Positions 47,180-58,782 of a stretch of 64,000 nt of DNA are shown piece after piece. This stretch comes from Balamuthia mandrillaris (Eukaryota): positions 62,001 through 126,000 of the forward strand of contig JAVKOQ020000113.1 in assembly GCA_031835245.2 (NCBI GenBank). The letters are read 5' to 3'. The stretch's first letter is position 1. The number at the start of each line of letters is the position of its first letter. The translations under genes were made by a program, and so were the position numbers. A model generated the notes under the pieces. That model did not search any database and was not told the DNA's origin. It was given only the letters and a program-made list of their open reading frames with translations.

Positions 47180-48919
47180 ATGGCAAGTTGCCCACAGTGC
47201 GGAAAAAAGTTTGCTACCTCTCACGGGTTGGCCATCCACTTCGGTCGGGTCCACAAGGAAGGGGGTCGCGCCACTACTTCTGCTACTTCCACTGCTACTC
47301 GGAAAAGAAGAGCGGAAAACGCCCCAGCGGCACCTCAGGCAAGGGCACAGAAGCGTGGAAGGCCGCAGGCTGCACCCGCCCAGCCCTTTTGGAACCAGTT
47401 TTCCAGCTTAATCGGGAGAAGATTAATACGCCCGGAAGCCTTGTGCTTGGAAGAACCCTTTGCCTGTGGTTCAGGATGGTTCACCGCCTGCAAGCACATT
47501 CCTAACGGAGAAAAGGTGTTGGAGGAGGAGGAGGAGAAGAAGGAGAAGGAGAAGAAGGAGGAAGAGGAAGAGGAGAAGGAGAAGGAGAAGGAAGAAGAGG
47601 AGAAAAACCAGAAAGGCTTGTTAGGCCTCATCGAGGGACTCGTTCCGTCTCGCCCAGCCGTACAGCTCACCAAAAAAGGCAAGAACGGAGAGGAGAAACC
47701 GGTAGTGGGGCGAGTGGAGAAGATCCGCCTTTATCCGCGCTCAGAACAAAAGAAGACGCTGGCCAAGTGGTTCGGCACAGTACGATGGACCTACAACAAG
47801 GCCGTGGAGTTCCATCGTGAACATAAAGGAATGCCTCTTAAGGAGATGAAGGAACAAGTCAGGGAGAAATTCCTGAATAACGGCAATTTCAACGGAGAGG
47901 ACAAGAGCCTTGCGTGGGTGTTGGAAACTCCTCGATACATTCGCAGTGACGCTGTCGATGATTTCTTCAACGGCGTGAAAAGCAGCTTGGCGGCGGGCAG
48001 AGGCACGACTGGATTCCAGATGAAGTTCCGTGGTAGGAAGGACAAGAGCCAGTCTCTCAGCATCCAAGCCAGGGAGTGGAACCACAACAACTCTATCCGC
48101 CAACTCTTCTTCGGGGAGGCGCGAATCAAAGCGAGGGACAAGAACTACAAAGTTCCGTCAGAGGTGCTCTATGCCGTTCGTCTGGTGAAGGACACTCGAC
48201 TGGGCCATTACTACCTCTGCGTGCCTCAGCCTTTGAAGCTCATGGGCGAGAGCCAAGCCCGTGAGCACCGAAGGAGAGAGGCAGGCATCATCGCCTTGGA
48301 TCCAGGAGTGCGCACATTCATGACCACCTACAACGGCTGCGGGGAGGTCACCGAGTGGGGCAAAGCGGACATCAACGAGATAGGCAAGCTGTGCCACCGC
48401 CTGGATCGCATGCAGAGTAAGGGCACCAAGGGCAACCACAGGCAACGGCGCCGTCTCCGAAGGGCCGCTGCTCGGCTTCGCCAGAGGATCCGCAACCTGG
48501 TGGATGACCTCCACAAGAAGCTCGTGTCTTGGTTGGTCAGGAACTTCTCCCTCATCCTTCTGCCAGAGTTCAGGAGCCAGCAGATGGTGCGGCGAGGCCA
48601 CCGCCGCATTGGCTCACGAACGGCCAGAGCCATGCTCACCTGGTCCCACTATCGCTTCAGGCAGAGGCTCCTCAACAAGGCCCAGCAATTTCCGTCCTGT
48701 ACGGTCTGCCTCTGCGATGAGGAATACACCTCCAAGACCTGCGGCAAGTGCGGCCAAGTCCACCACCAGTTGGGGGGAAACAAGACCTTTCGGTGCCCTC
48801 AACCCGAGTGTGGCTACCAGGCGGATCGAGATGCCAACGCCGCCCGAAACATCTTGATCCGCTTTTTCACTTTACAAGCACTTACCACCTCCTCCTCCTC
48901 CTCTGTGAGGGGGCGGTAG
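47180..48919 (+). CDS. Fanzor2 / TnpB-family RNA-guided endonuclease, 579 aa
   Basis: Same motifs as copy 1; RuvC D, E and D all present. Confidence 0.95.
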   Translation: MASCPQCGKKFATSHGLAIHFGRVHKEGGRATTSATSTATRKRRAENAPAAPQARAQKRGRPQAAPAQPFWNQFSSLIGRRLIRPEALCLEEPFACGSGWFTACKHIPNGEKVLEEEEEKKEKEKKEEEEEEKEKEKEEEEKNQKGLLGLIEGLVPSRPAVQLTKKGKNGEEKPVVGRVEKIRLYPRSEQKKTLAKWFGTVRWTYNKAVEFHREHKGMPLKEMKEQVREKFLNNGNFNGEDKSLAWVLETPRYIRSDAVDDFFNGVKSSLAAGRGTTGFQMKFRGRKDKSQSLSIQAREWNHNNSIRQLFFGEARIKARDKNYKVPSEVLYAVRLVKDTRLGHYYLCVPQPLKLMGESQAREHRRREAGIIALDPGVRTFMTTYNGCGEVTEWGKADINEIGKLCHRLDRMQSKGTKGNHRQRRRLRRAAARLRQRIRNLVDDLHKKLVSWLVRNFSLILLPEFRSQQMVRRGHRRIGSRTARAMLTWSHYRFRQRLLNKAQQFPSCTVCLCDEEYTSKTCGKCGQVHHQLGGNKTFRCPQPECGYQADRDANAARNILIRFFTLQALTTSSSSSVRGR

Positions 48920-48993
48920 GCGGTAAGGTTGCTTTGGTGCCGGCACCGTTGCTTATAGCGAGTCGTAAGACAAGCCGTGATTAGGCACGCCGG
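48876..48993 (+). ncRNA. Putative omega-RNA scaffold of Fanzor copy 2
   Basis: Long hairpin 48876-48934 across the stop codon, then ggtg-ccgg-cacc, gtc-GTAA-gac and cgtg-attagg-cacg. Confidence 0.62.
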
Positions 48994-49218
48994 AGGTGGG
49001 TTGTTTTTTGTGTCTGTTTTTTTGTTTTCCTTTTTACTAATTTTGCTTTATTTTCGTTGTCCCATTGATCGGCTTGATCTTTGCGCCGCCTTAGGGTTGC
49101 CCCACAAAAACCCTAACCCTTGCCGCTGAGCGAGTCGTAAGAAGGGATGGAATTTATTTTCTGAATCATTTTTTTTATTATTATTAACGTTAATAATAAT
49201 ATAAGTAATGTGTTACTA

Positions 49219-50440
49219 CTACGAGTTGTTGTTCTGTGCGCGAATGCTGCCAAGAAAAGCATCCACAGACTCAGTTGTAGTAGGCAGTGTTGCAGCTGGT
49301 GGCTGTGATTGCGAAGCATGGTTATAGTAGGCAGATTGTTGGGCATAGTAGTAGTTGAAGGAGGGAGCGGTTGGCGTTGAGGTAGCGGTAGCATAAGCAG
49401 AAGAGGCTGCCATGCTCGTGGCTGGTTGTGTGTATGGAAAGGAGGGCTGCTGTGACATTTGTCCAGAGTAGGAGGGAGGAGGATAATAAGGTGGTTGCGA
49501 AGATTGTGACGGAGGTTGTGTGGGATAAGGGGCATAATGGTACGAAGGATAAGGGTAAGGATAGCCATAAGAAGGATCATATGAATAGTGCATAGGATAG
49601 GCATTACTGGCATCGTAGTTTGTGATAGTAGGACCGGAAGAAGAGGAAGGAGACACCTGTGCTGCTGGCGTTGATTCAGGTTTGGGTGTAGAAGGTGCAA
49701 AGGAAGTGGTAGGTTGTGGTACAGTTGTGTTGACTTGAGGGCGTGCTTTGGTTGTTTCATTTTCGTAACTATAATGAAACTCTTCAGTGTCACTGTCCTC
49801 AGCCTTGTTTGCTTCCGCAGATAGCCGTTGTTGCTCCATTTTTGCTTTTTGCTCAGCCTCTTCTTTATGTCGTCTCTCTTTTTCTCGTGCTTCCGCCTCT
49901 TCTTGTTGCCTCCGCTTCCGCTCTTCCATCTTTCTCTTTTCTCGCTCCTCTCTTTCCAAACGAAGCTTTTCTTGCCGTTCTTCTTCCTCTTGTTGATGGG
50001 CCAGATCTTCCTGCAGCTCTTGCAGGTTCTTCTTTTCCTCACCTTTTTGTTCTGCTCGTTCTTTGATCTTTCTTAGCCTTTCAGCGTTTTTCATCTTGCG
50101 CTGCTCTTTCAACAGCATGTGTTGCTCTCTTCCTTCTTTTGTCTGCTGTATCAGCTGATCTAGTACTCTTAAGTCCTCCCGTTTCTTTGCTTCCTGCATT
50201 CCTTCCGTATCTATTTCCTTGAGTGCCGCACGTTCCCATTCTCTTCTTTCTTGTTCTCGTTGGAGGTCTTTTGAATAGAATTCTTTTGACTCCGTGACCT
50301 CCTTCTCTTCCCTATCCCAGCTTTTCTTTTCAAAGTCTACCAAGAAATTGGCTCCTTTCTTCTTGCTTCCATCGTCAGTAATGTCCTCTCCAGCCGCTAT
50401 TTTCTGATATAGTTAGAGTCACAAAGAAAGCGAGCGAGCG

Positions 50441-50489
<49 letters not shown>

Positions 50490-50970
50490 AGAATGAGCAA
50501 GGAGAGCGAAGGTGAGCAGGGTGAGGGAGAGAAGAAACTACAAACCCAAACGTTCATACAAACGACTTTTCTCCCTCATTCTGGCTTGACTGATGTCCAA
50601 CTTCTCCGCTTCGGAGGGCGTAGTGGATGCCAGCACGTCCCTTTTGGCTCTCTCCTCGATGCCTTTGTTCGACTTTTTCCAGGGATCCTTGGCAGCCTTT
50701 TTCGCCTAGTAGTGTGCGCGTTAGAAACAAAACCTTTGTCATTGGAGTGAGACAAACCTTGGCAGTAATGGGAGCTACGCCGGTGGCCTTGAACCGCTTT
50801 CGATCCTGTTGAGCCTGGAAGAGGACCGCCTTTAAGCCGACCATCTGTACGCGAAGAAACAAAAAACATTAGTTTGTGGTTCGCATAGAGTCATGGTTCT
50901 GTTTTTCAAAAAAAACCAAACGTACCGAAGACTGCGAAACGCCTTCAATCTCTTTTCTCTTCTTCCACAT
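49219..50970 (-). CDS. CCDC174: CCDC174-like coiled-coil protein (multi-exon)
   Basis: MWKKRKEIEGVSQSS..VGLKAVLF, WKKSNKGIEERAKRD, MREKSRLYE, FLVDFEKK. Confidence 0.7.
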
Positions 50971-51310
50971 GCTTTAGCCGTTCCGTAAGGGCTTCTCTTC
51001 GCTCTTCTCTTTCGCTCTTCTCCTTTCTTTTCTTTTCTAGAATGAAAGAGTTTCGCTCTTTCACCTATTAGGTCAACACCTATCTAATACCTTAATACAT
51101 GACGTCATCATAAGATCAAGATCGTATGACGTGTGCTCCGATCGCTAGAGGAAACGAGAGAGAAAGAAGCGGCAGAGAGGAAGAGCGCGAGGCAAAAAGA
51201 TAGAACCATCGTTCTCCCCACACTTGTTCCGTGGCTGTGTCGTTCGTTGGTTCCACGCGCGTCGCTTGCTAACCAAAGTTGCGTTGCTTGCTTGTTTGAG
51301 GAAAAAAAAA

Positions 51311-52731
51311 ATGGAGAACGGGCCAGAGCAATCACCGGCAAGCAGTAATGCCTCCCTCTCCAGCTCTCCTCCTGCCACTGCTGCCGCCCTTCATATCACG
51401 CGACCGACATTTCAACTTATGGTTCATTCCCCATCTTCTCTTTGGATTTATTTCTTCTCTCTTCTCATATTTGTTCTTTTCTTTTGTTTTTGTCAGGTGG
51501 TGTATGCGGAAGACGGAACACAGGAAAGCTTCACCCTGTCGACGAGAGCAACGGTGGACCATGTCAAGACGCACTTGATCAACCACTCTGTCAAACTCGC
51601 CAACCTGACTCCACAACAAAAGCAACTGCTCAAACTGCAGTTGCCTCATGTTCGTTGCTGCTTGCTGTTCTTGTTCTTGTTCTTGTTCTTGTTCTTCTTC
51701 TTGTTCTTCTTGTTCTTCTTCTTCTTCTTCTTGTTCTTCTTCTTCTTCTTCTTGTTCTTCTTCTTGTTCTTCTTCTTCTTCTTGTTCTTCTTCTTCTTCT
51801 TCTTCTTCTTCTTCTTCTTCTGCTTGTTCTTCTTCTTGTGGTTATCAATTCTTCTTGTTCTTGTTCGCTTCCTCCTTCTTCATTTCTTTGTTCTTATTCT
51901 TTGTTTACTCTGGATAGGGCGAAATATTGGCGGTGGAGTTTGCAAGGTTTGCCAACCACAAGACTCTCTATGAGTCCATATTGCTCAGCGGGCAAGCCAC
52001 TATACACTGCCTCCTGCAACACTCTTCTCCTGCGGACCGCTCCTCCTCCTCTTCCTCTAAGCCTCCTTTTCTTCGCTCTACCTCCACTAGCACTCCAATT
52101 TCAACGCCATCAGCAACTGCAAACACAACAGCAAAAGCAGCAACAGTAACAATATCACCGACAAAAGAAATTGCTATGGAGCAACAACAACAACTAGCGA
52201 ACAACAAGGTTGAACATCAAAGTGGCCAAAAGCGGATAGAAAGAGAGGCAACAGACCTTTCCGCAACAAGGTCTACTTCTGCTTATTTGTATTCCTTCTT
52301 GTCCTCATCTCCACGAAATTCATTGGGAGACGGAGAAACAGAGAAACGAGAAGTAGAAATAGAGTTAACTATTCCTCCTCGTTGCGGTGCCTCTTCCTCT
52401 TCTTCTCTATCCTCTTTGCAGCTCCGGTGCGATACTACCACTACCCTTAAAGAACTCAAGGTCTCCTGTCTCTTCCTATATTATTGTTCCTTGTTCTTTC
52501 TTTCTTTCGTTCTTGTTCTCTATTCTTCTCTAGCCCCTCTTCTTGCTTACGTTCTTTCCTTTTGTTTTGTTGGTTGGTAAATAAAGGAACTGGTGACCAG
52601 AACGGCACATGACTCAAACATTGAGTTTCAGTCTCCATTTGCCATCAAAGTTTCCCGAACGCATCAGTACCTCAATGGAGATACCACACCACTGTATCCT
52701 TAACATTATCACGCTTTTTTCAAAGTTCTGT

Positions 52732-52766
<35 letters not shown>

Positions 52767-55700
52767 CCTCCCTCCCTCTCCACATGATCTTTTTCTTTCA
52801 CCCTAAGGCTTATGACAGCCACGAGTTTCCTGTTTTTCAGTTTTGCCTGAAGAAAAATCGCACCGCACGACTTACCGTTGTGGAAAGAGGACAAAGCAAA
52901 CAGGTTTCATCTCCCTCCCTCTCTCTCCCTTCCTCTCTCCCTCTCTCTCTTGCTGCTTGGCATGCACGCATGAACATGGAACAAAACTATTGAACAAAAA
53001 CCAATACAGGAAAAGTTAGCATCTCTGCAAATAGGCTCGCTGATAGGCAGGCCTTTGTGTTGGGACAGCACTGACAACAATCAGACTACTTACTTTCGTA
53101 GTAGAATGCACGAAGCACTTTCTGTGCGACATTCTCGCAAAAAAACTCGAAAAAGCAAACCCAGCAACGAAGGAGAAGAAGAACACGAACAACTGGACGA
53201 AGAAACACGCATCCCTCCTCCTACTCAAACCAACGGTGTTTATGCCAAGCTGACATTTGCTCCGTTACCTCCCGACTTCCCTGAAAAGTTTCTCATTCGC
53301 GTCTACTTGCCCGATGGCAAAAGCTTCAAAACGTTGGACTGCATCGCACAGCAAAAGATTGAGGATGTGCTGTTACAAGTACGACGCAAAGCTCATCGCT
53401 ACGAATTAAATGCGGATGGAGAGTATTTACTCAAGATAAGTGGTTATAGACAGTACGTTCTTCCTCATGAGAACCTGAGGTTGCAACATCTCGAGTATGT
53501 TAGGGAGTGCTTGAAGCGGAGACAAAAGGTCACTCTGGTGGTAGTCTCTACCGATGGACTGGTTTTGGAAGAGGCACCCAGTTACTATTTGGAAGCACTC
53601 AACCAACAATATAACCAACTACCCGATTCTAACGATAAAAACAGTAACAACACCAAGCAATCAGCTCGAACGAGCTCAAAAGCGAGGAAATCGGGCCATG
53701 GACGGAGCAACGAAGAAGGAGAAAAGGGTTTTGCCAAAGTATATCGCTATCAGAGCGCGCTTCCATTGTTTGCATTAAAGAGACCCTTCGAAATCAAGGT
53801 TTGTAACGCTGACAACGTTTCGGTTACGACCAATGCAGAAGACTCCGCCATTATTTCCTATTACGTTGAAGCGGCACTGTAATTATCTCTTCTCCTTCCC
53901 TCTCCACTCTCTCTCTCTCTCTCTCTCGCTCTTCATTGAATTTTTAATGTCATATTTAGATACTTTGGTGATAAGGCTTTGTGCTCGGAACAATGCACCT
54001 TTAGTGCAACCCCCTCCACTGTGCAGAGCATTACTTGGAATCAGTGGCTTCGTTTCAGCATTCCAACTTGCGATCTACCATTGGTATCTCTATCTTTCTA
54101 CCTCTATTCTCTTCATCGTTCTTTTCTCTTCACCTTCTGCTCTGCTCTGTTCTCTCTCTATCGCGTATATTCCCCTGTCTCGTCCTATTCTCTCTTGTCT
54201 TGTTGCTGATACTATGAATGTACAGGGTACACGTCTTTGCTTTACATTGAATGGGAAAGACAGCAGAAACACGGTAACACCAATAGGTTGGGTCAACCAC
54301 TTACTCTTTGATTATGACAAAACGTTGTGTACTGGAGATGATTATGCTCGTCTCTGGCCAAACGCCGCCGCTAATCCTATTGGTAGCTTTTTTGATTCAT
54401 TGCTTTCCTTTCTTCCATTCCTTCAGAACCAATATCAACCATAACCCAAATAACAAACACCAAAAGGGACTTGTGTGGCCAATTCAACTTCAAGAACAGC
54501 CGCCGTTTTGCACTTCCACTTTACGGCATATCCGGAGCCGGTTGCCTTTCCTGACCTGCTGGCAAATGACCTGCCGCTCACCATGCCCCAGCAGCCTTCC
54601 CCCTCCAGCCATTCTTCTTTCAATAGCATACCAATTCCTTCTCAACAAGAACAACAGTTACTACAGAAACTTGCTTCTGGAGGTAAGTATCTAAGTTTGG
54701 CTTTAAGATCTTGTTGCATGTTGTGCTCATGAATGTGGAGTAGATCCATTACTGCAGCTGTCTTCCTCTGACAAAATGCTGCTGTGGAAGTATCGGGCGT
54801 TTTGTATGGAGTTAAACCCTTGCTCTTTGATTAAAATCATGCAAAGCGTGCCATGGACAGAGCCCACACAAGTCCGCTACGCCTATCGCATGCTGGAAGA
54901 ATGTCCTCTTTTGTCTCCGGTCGATGCTCTTGAGGTCTGCTTACATGATTTCCTTCTATTTTTCACCTTCCCTTCTCGCTCATGTTCTACCCTGACAGTT
55001 ACTGGATGCGAAGTTTGCTGATGAGAAAGTTCGCAAATACGCTGTTCGCTGCTTGCAAGAGCTACACGATGAACAGCTAGCTGCCTTTTTACCCCAACTT
55101 GTGCAGGTGAATTGCTGATCTCTTCTTATTCCTCCTTCCTCGTTCCTCTTTGTTAAACTCATCGCATTTGATGACTGGTAGGTGTTGAAATATGAACCTT
55201 ATCATTACTCTGAGTTGGCTCGTTTCTTGTTGGAACGTTCTCTCAAAAGTCTTATCGCTATTGGTCACCACTTCTTTTGGCATTTACAAGTATGTATTTC
55301 TAGTGTTCTTTCTTGTAGTTTCTTTCTTTCTTTTAGTTGTATTCATGAGTTTGGGTTTGTAATAGGGAGAAATGCATGTTCCTGAAATCAACGAGCGTTT
55401 TGGCCTGTTGCTTGAATTTTATTTGCGAGAATGTGGACCAACTCACCGGCAGCGATTGCTGGAACAAATGGATGTTATAAAGAAGATGCAAAGAGTTGCC
55501 ATCTCCATGAAGAGCGTGCCTCTTGCTCGACGGAATGCTGGCTTGAGAGAGGAGCTTGCAAAACTGGAACTTCCTTCTGTCTTCGCTCTGCCTTTAGATC
55601 CTACGTATGCCCTTCTCTTACATTATCGTTTCTTCAGCCACGATCATTGAGACGCTGCCTTGAAACCGGCTTACTCTTGTTTATCGTTTTTTGCCTCTCT

Positions 55701-57295
55701 TTTCTATGTGTTTTTACTCGGCTCAAAGGATCGAGGTGACTGGAATTCAGATGGATAGATGCAAGTGCATGGATTCTGCCAAAGTTCCGCTTTGGCTGGC
55801 CTTCAAAAACGCCGATGCAACAGCGGATGAACCTGTTTTCGTCATATTCAAGAGTGGAGATGACCTGCGGCAGGATCTCCTCACATTACAAATGCTACGC
55901 ATCATGGATCACGTACACTTTCTATCCGTTGCTCCACTTTATGTCTCTCATAAATTAACAAGGTCCATGTTATTGACAGGTCTGGAAAGTGGACAACTTG
56001 GATCTACACCTAACTCCTTATAAATGCATTGCAACTGGCGATTCGATGGGCATGATTGAAGGTTTGTTTTCCCTCTGTTACACTCCTCCTCTATCGAGTA
56101 AGCTAACAAGTCATTTTCCTTACTACCATTAATTAGTGGTGCTGAACTCCGATACGGTGGCAAACATTCAAAAGGCGGCCGGTGGAGCAACAGCTGCTTT
56201 CAAACAAACTCCACTTTCCGATTGGCTTCGCCAAAACAATCCAAATGGTACTTTCATTCTTTATGATTCTATCTATTTGGTTATGTTTGCTAAGAAAGTC
56301 TTATTGTTTACACAGAAAAAGACTACGATGAAGCCGTTAGGAATTTTGTTCGCTCCTGCGCTGGATATTGTGTACGTTGATTCTAACCAGTTAGTTCCAA
56401 ACCTTAACAACATTTTTCTCTCTATTCTTTTATGTAGGTTGCCACCTATGTGCTTGGAATAGGAGACAGGTTAATTATTTATATATGTCTTCTCTCTCTC
56501 TCTCTCCCTCTCTGACACATTTGTTTGTTGTACAGACACAATGACAACATCATGATCAAAAAGGATGGTCACCTCTTTCACATTGGTAACTTATCTACTC
56601 TCTCTCTCTCTCCTCTCTCTCTCTTCTCTTCTCTTCTCTTCTCTTCTCTTCTCTTCTCTTCTCTTCTCTTCTCTTCTCTTCTCTTCTCTTCTCTTCTCTT
56701 CTCTTCTCTCCTTCTCTTCTCTTCAATAGACTAACACCTCTCTCATTTTATATCAGATTTTGGCCATTTTCTTGGAAACTTCAAGTCATGGAAAGGTATT
56801 CGGCGGGAGAAAGCGCCTTTTGTATTAACACCAGAGTTTGCCTATGTGATGGGAGGCAAAGACCACAAAGACTTTGAGCAGTTCATCTCGCTTTCCTGTC
56901 AAGGATACAACATCCTCAGACGGCACGCCAACATCTTCATCAACCTGTTTGCTATGGTACCTCCATTACGGACCTTTGGTTTCTTGATACTTTCCGCTCG
57001 GTTTTAATACTTTGTTCTTCTTTCTCTTCCGTTCCGTTTTTGTTAGATGTTATCGACGGGCATTCCTGAACTTCAGAGTACGTCCTTCCACTTGTGTCTT
57101 CTCCTCTCTTTTCCATTTCTTTCCTAACACACGAAAATAGGTGAAAAGGACATAGAATACTTGAGAGATGCGTTTGCGATGGACTTGGGCACAGAGGAAG
57201 CAGCGCAGGCCTTCACCACTCTTATCTTCGAGAGTCTCAACACGATCGCCACGCAGCTCAACTTTGCCATTCACATCATGGCACACCGTAAGTGA
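51311..57295 (+). CDS. Class I-type phosphoinositide 3-kinase (RBD, C2, helical, kinase)
   Basis: LPQLVQVLKYEPY, MDSAKVPLWL, FKSGDDLRQDLLTLQ, LGIGDRHNDNIM, HIDFGHFLG, REKAPFVLT. Confidence 0.95.
56620..56705. repeat. (CTCTT)n microsatellite, intronic
   Basis: Read directly. Confidence 0.9.
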
Positions 57296-57344
57296 TGGAA
57301 AACTACAGTTTCTTCTTCGTTTTTGTTTGTTGTAGCTAGTTAAG

Positions 57345-58782
57345 TTATTTATTTTTGCTCAGGTCGATCCGTTCCATTTTTTCCTCCAAAGAAGAAGAAG
57401 AAGAAGAAGAAGAAGAAGAAGAAGAACAAGAAGAACAAGAAGAACAAGAAGAACAAGAAGAAGAAGAAGAAGAAGAAGAAGAAGAAGAAGAAGAAGAAGA
57501 ACAAGAACAAGAAGAATCGCCGCGCAATGCAACAGCCAATTCAGCAGCAGATTTTTGTATCATGGTCCTCACGATGTTGATCAGCTGTTGAGTCTTTGGA
57601 CGAGCCGCCAGAGAGGCATTGTCCTGCAGCACAGCCAGCAGCCCCTCCGTTGCAGCGTGCAAAGTGAGGACCGGCCCCTCAACGGAGGAAGGCTCGAAAG
57701 GAGGGTAGAGGGCTGCTCCAACGTCGTCCACGTTGCTGCTCACCCGATCAACAGCCTTCAGCAGTGCCTTTAGCCAGTCCCGCAAATTCTCGTCCTCTTC
57801 TTCTGTATCTTTAGGTTCGTTTTCTTGGTGTTTTGTTGGAGAGCCGAATGAAGAGAGTCCACTCAAGTAGTTGACGAGGCCATAGGCGCTCTTTATCGCT
57901 AACATGCACCCAGGCACTACTTTATGTTCTTCCGCACTCAACCTCTCTTCTTCTCCCTCATCCTCCTCTTCCTCCTCTTCTTCGTCATCATCTTCTCCTC
58001 CTTCCACCTCCTTCTTCTCTTTCTTCCTTCCCCTATCCTTCCGTTCTTCCTCTTCGGCAGGCGAGAGCGGCTTCTGTTTGACCAACAGAGTGACCTCATC
58101 CAGAGCGTCCTTCAGGGTGGACTTCCACAGGGCGAGCTCCTGCAGCGTGGCTGTCGTGTTATCATAGGGCAGGGCAGCGAAAGCATCGCAGGCCCTCCAC
58201 ACAAGGCCGCAGAGGCTGGCGCTCACGTCTTCCCCCTTTTGTTGTTGGAGGAAGGCCAGGAGGAGGCCGTCCACCGCGTCGATCAAAGTGGAGAGGGCTT
58301 GGTGGAGGCGCAACGGGATGCGGCTGCCAGGACCCCAGCAGGTGGGCGCCTTGAGGCGGATTAGCTCCGTGGCGGTGTAGACCAGCACTAGGACGGCCTT
58401 TTCCAGCATTTCGATGAGCGGAGCGGCCACTTCTGCCTTTGGACAGCCTTTCAAGAAGAGAGTGACTGTGCGGATTGGAGGGAATGTGTGAGTGAAAAAG
58501 AGCGGAACAGGGGGAAAGAGAGACACCCAGAGGGAGGTTTTGGGTGGCATTAAACGAACACTTTGTGGATAAGTCAGAGAGATGCTTGGCGGCGGCGCAC
58601 ACGCCCTCTTTGCTCACCGGCTGAGCGCCGGCGGAGGCCGCTTGCGGTCGTGGTCGTGATGACGATGATTGTTGCACTTGAAGGACGGTTGCCTGGACAT
58701 GCTGATTCAGCGCCGAAAGCACCAGAGACAAGTCGGTGAGCAGCTTCCGGGTGCCCGCCTGTTGCGCCGGCAGTTTTCCCAT
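57345..58782 (-). CDS. GCIP/CCNDBP1-like protein (one intron)
   Basis: CGLVWRACD..LPYDN..LKDALDEV, acidic insert, SSNVDDVGAALYPP. Confidence 0.75.

Larger units (their letters stand above)
46596..49093 (+). mobile_element. Complete 2498-bp Fanzor2-carrying non-autonomous TIR transposon, copy 2
   Basis: TIRs taaggcggcgcaaagatca (46596-46614) and tgatctttgcgccgcctta (49075-49093); direct repeat gggttgcccc at 46586-46595 and 49094-49103. Confidence 0.95.

Noticed and set aside
48994..49002. Putative guide aggtgggtt targeting the adjacent tRNA-Leu 3' end
   Set aside because: Only 7-8 contiguous matches; not significant.
46596..49093. Tc1/mariner reading with a TA target duplication
   Set aside because: It would need the empty site to be gggttgcccc-TA-gggttgcccc; a 10-bp TSD with TA inside the TIR is simpler.
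49126..49150. Hammerhead ribozyme at ctgagcgagtcgtaagaaggg
   Set aside because: No exact CUGANGA and no GAAA after the stem.
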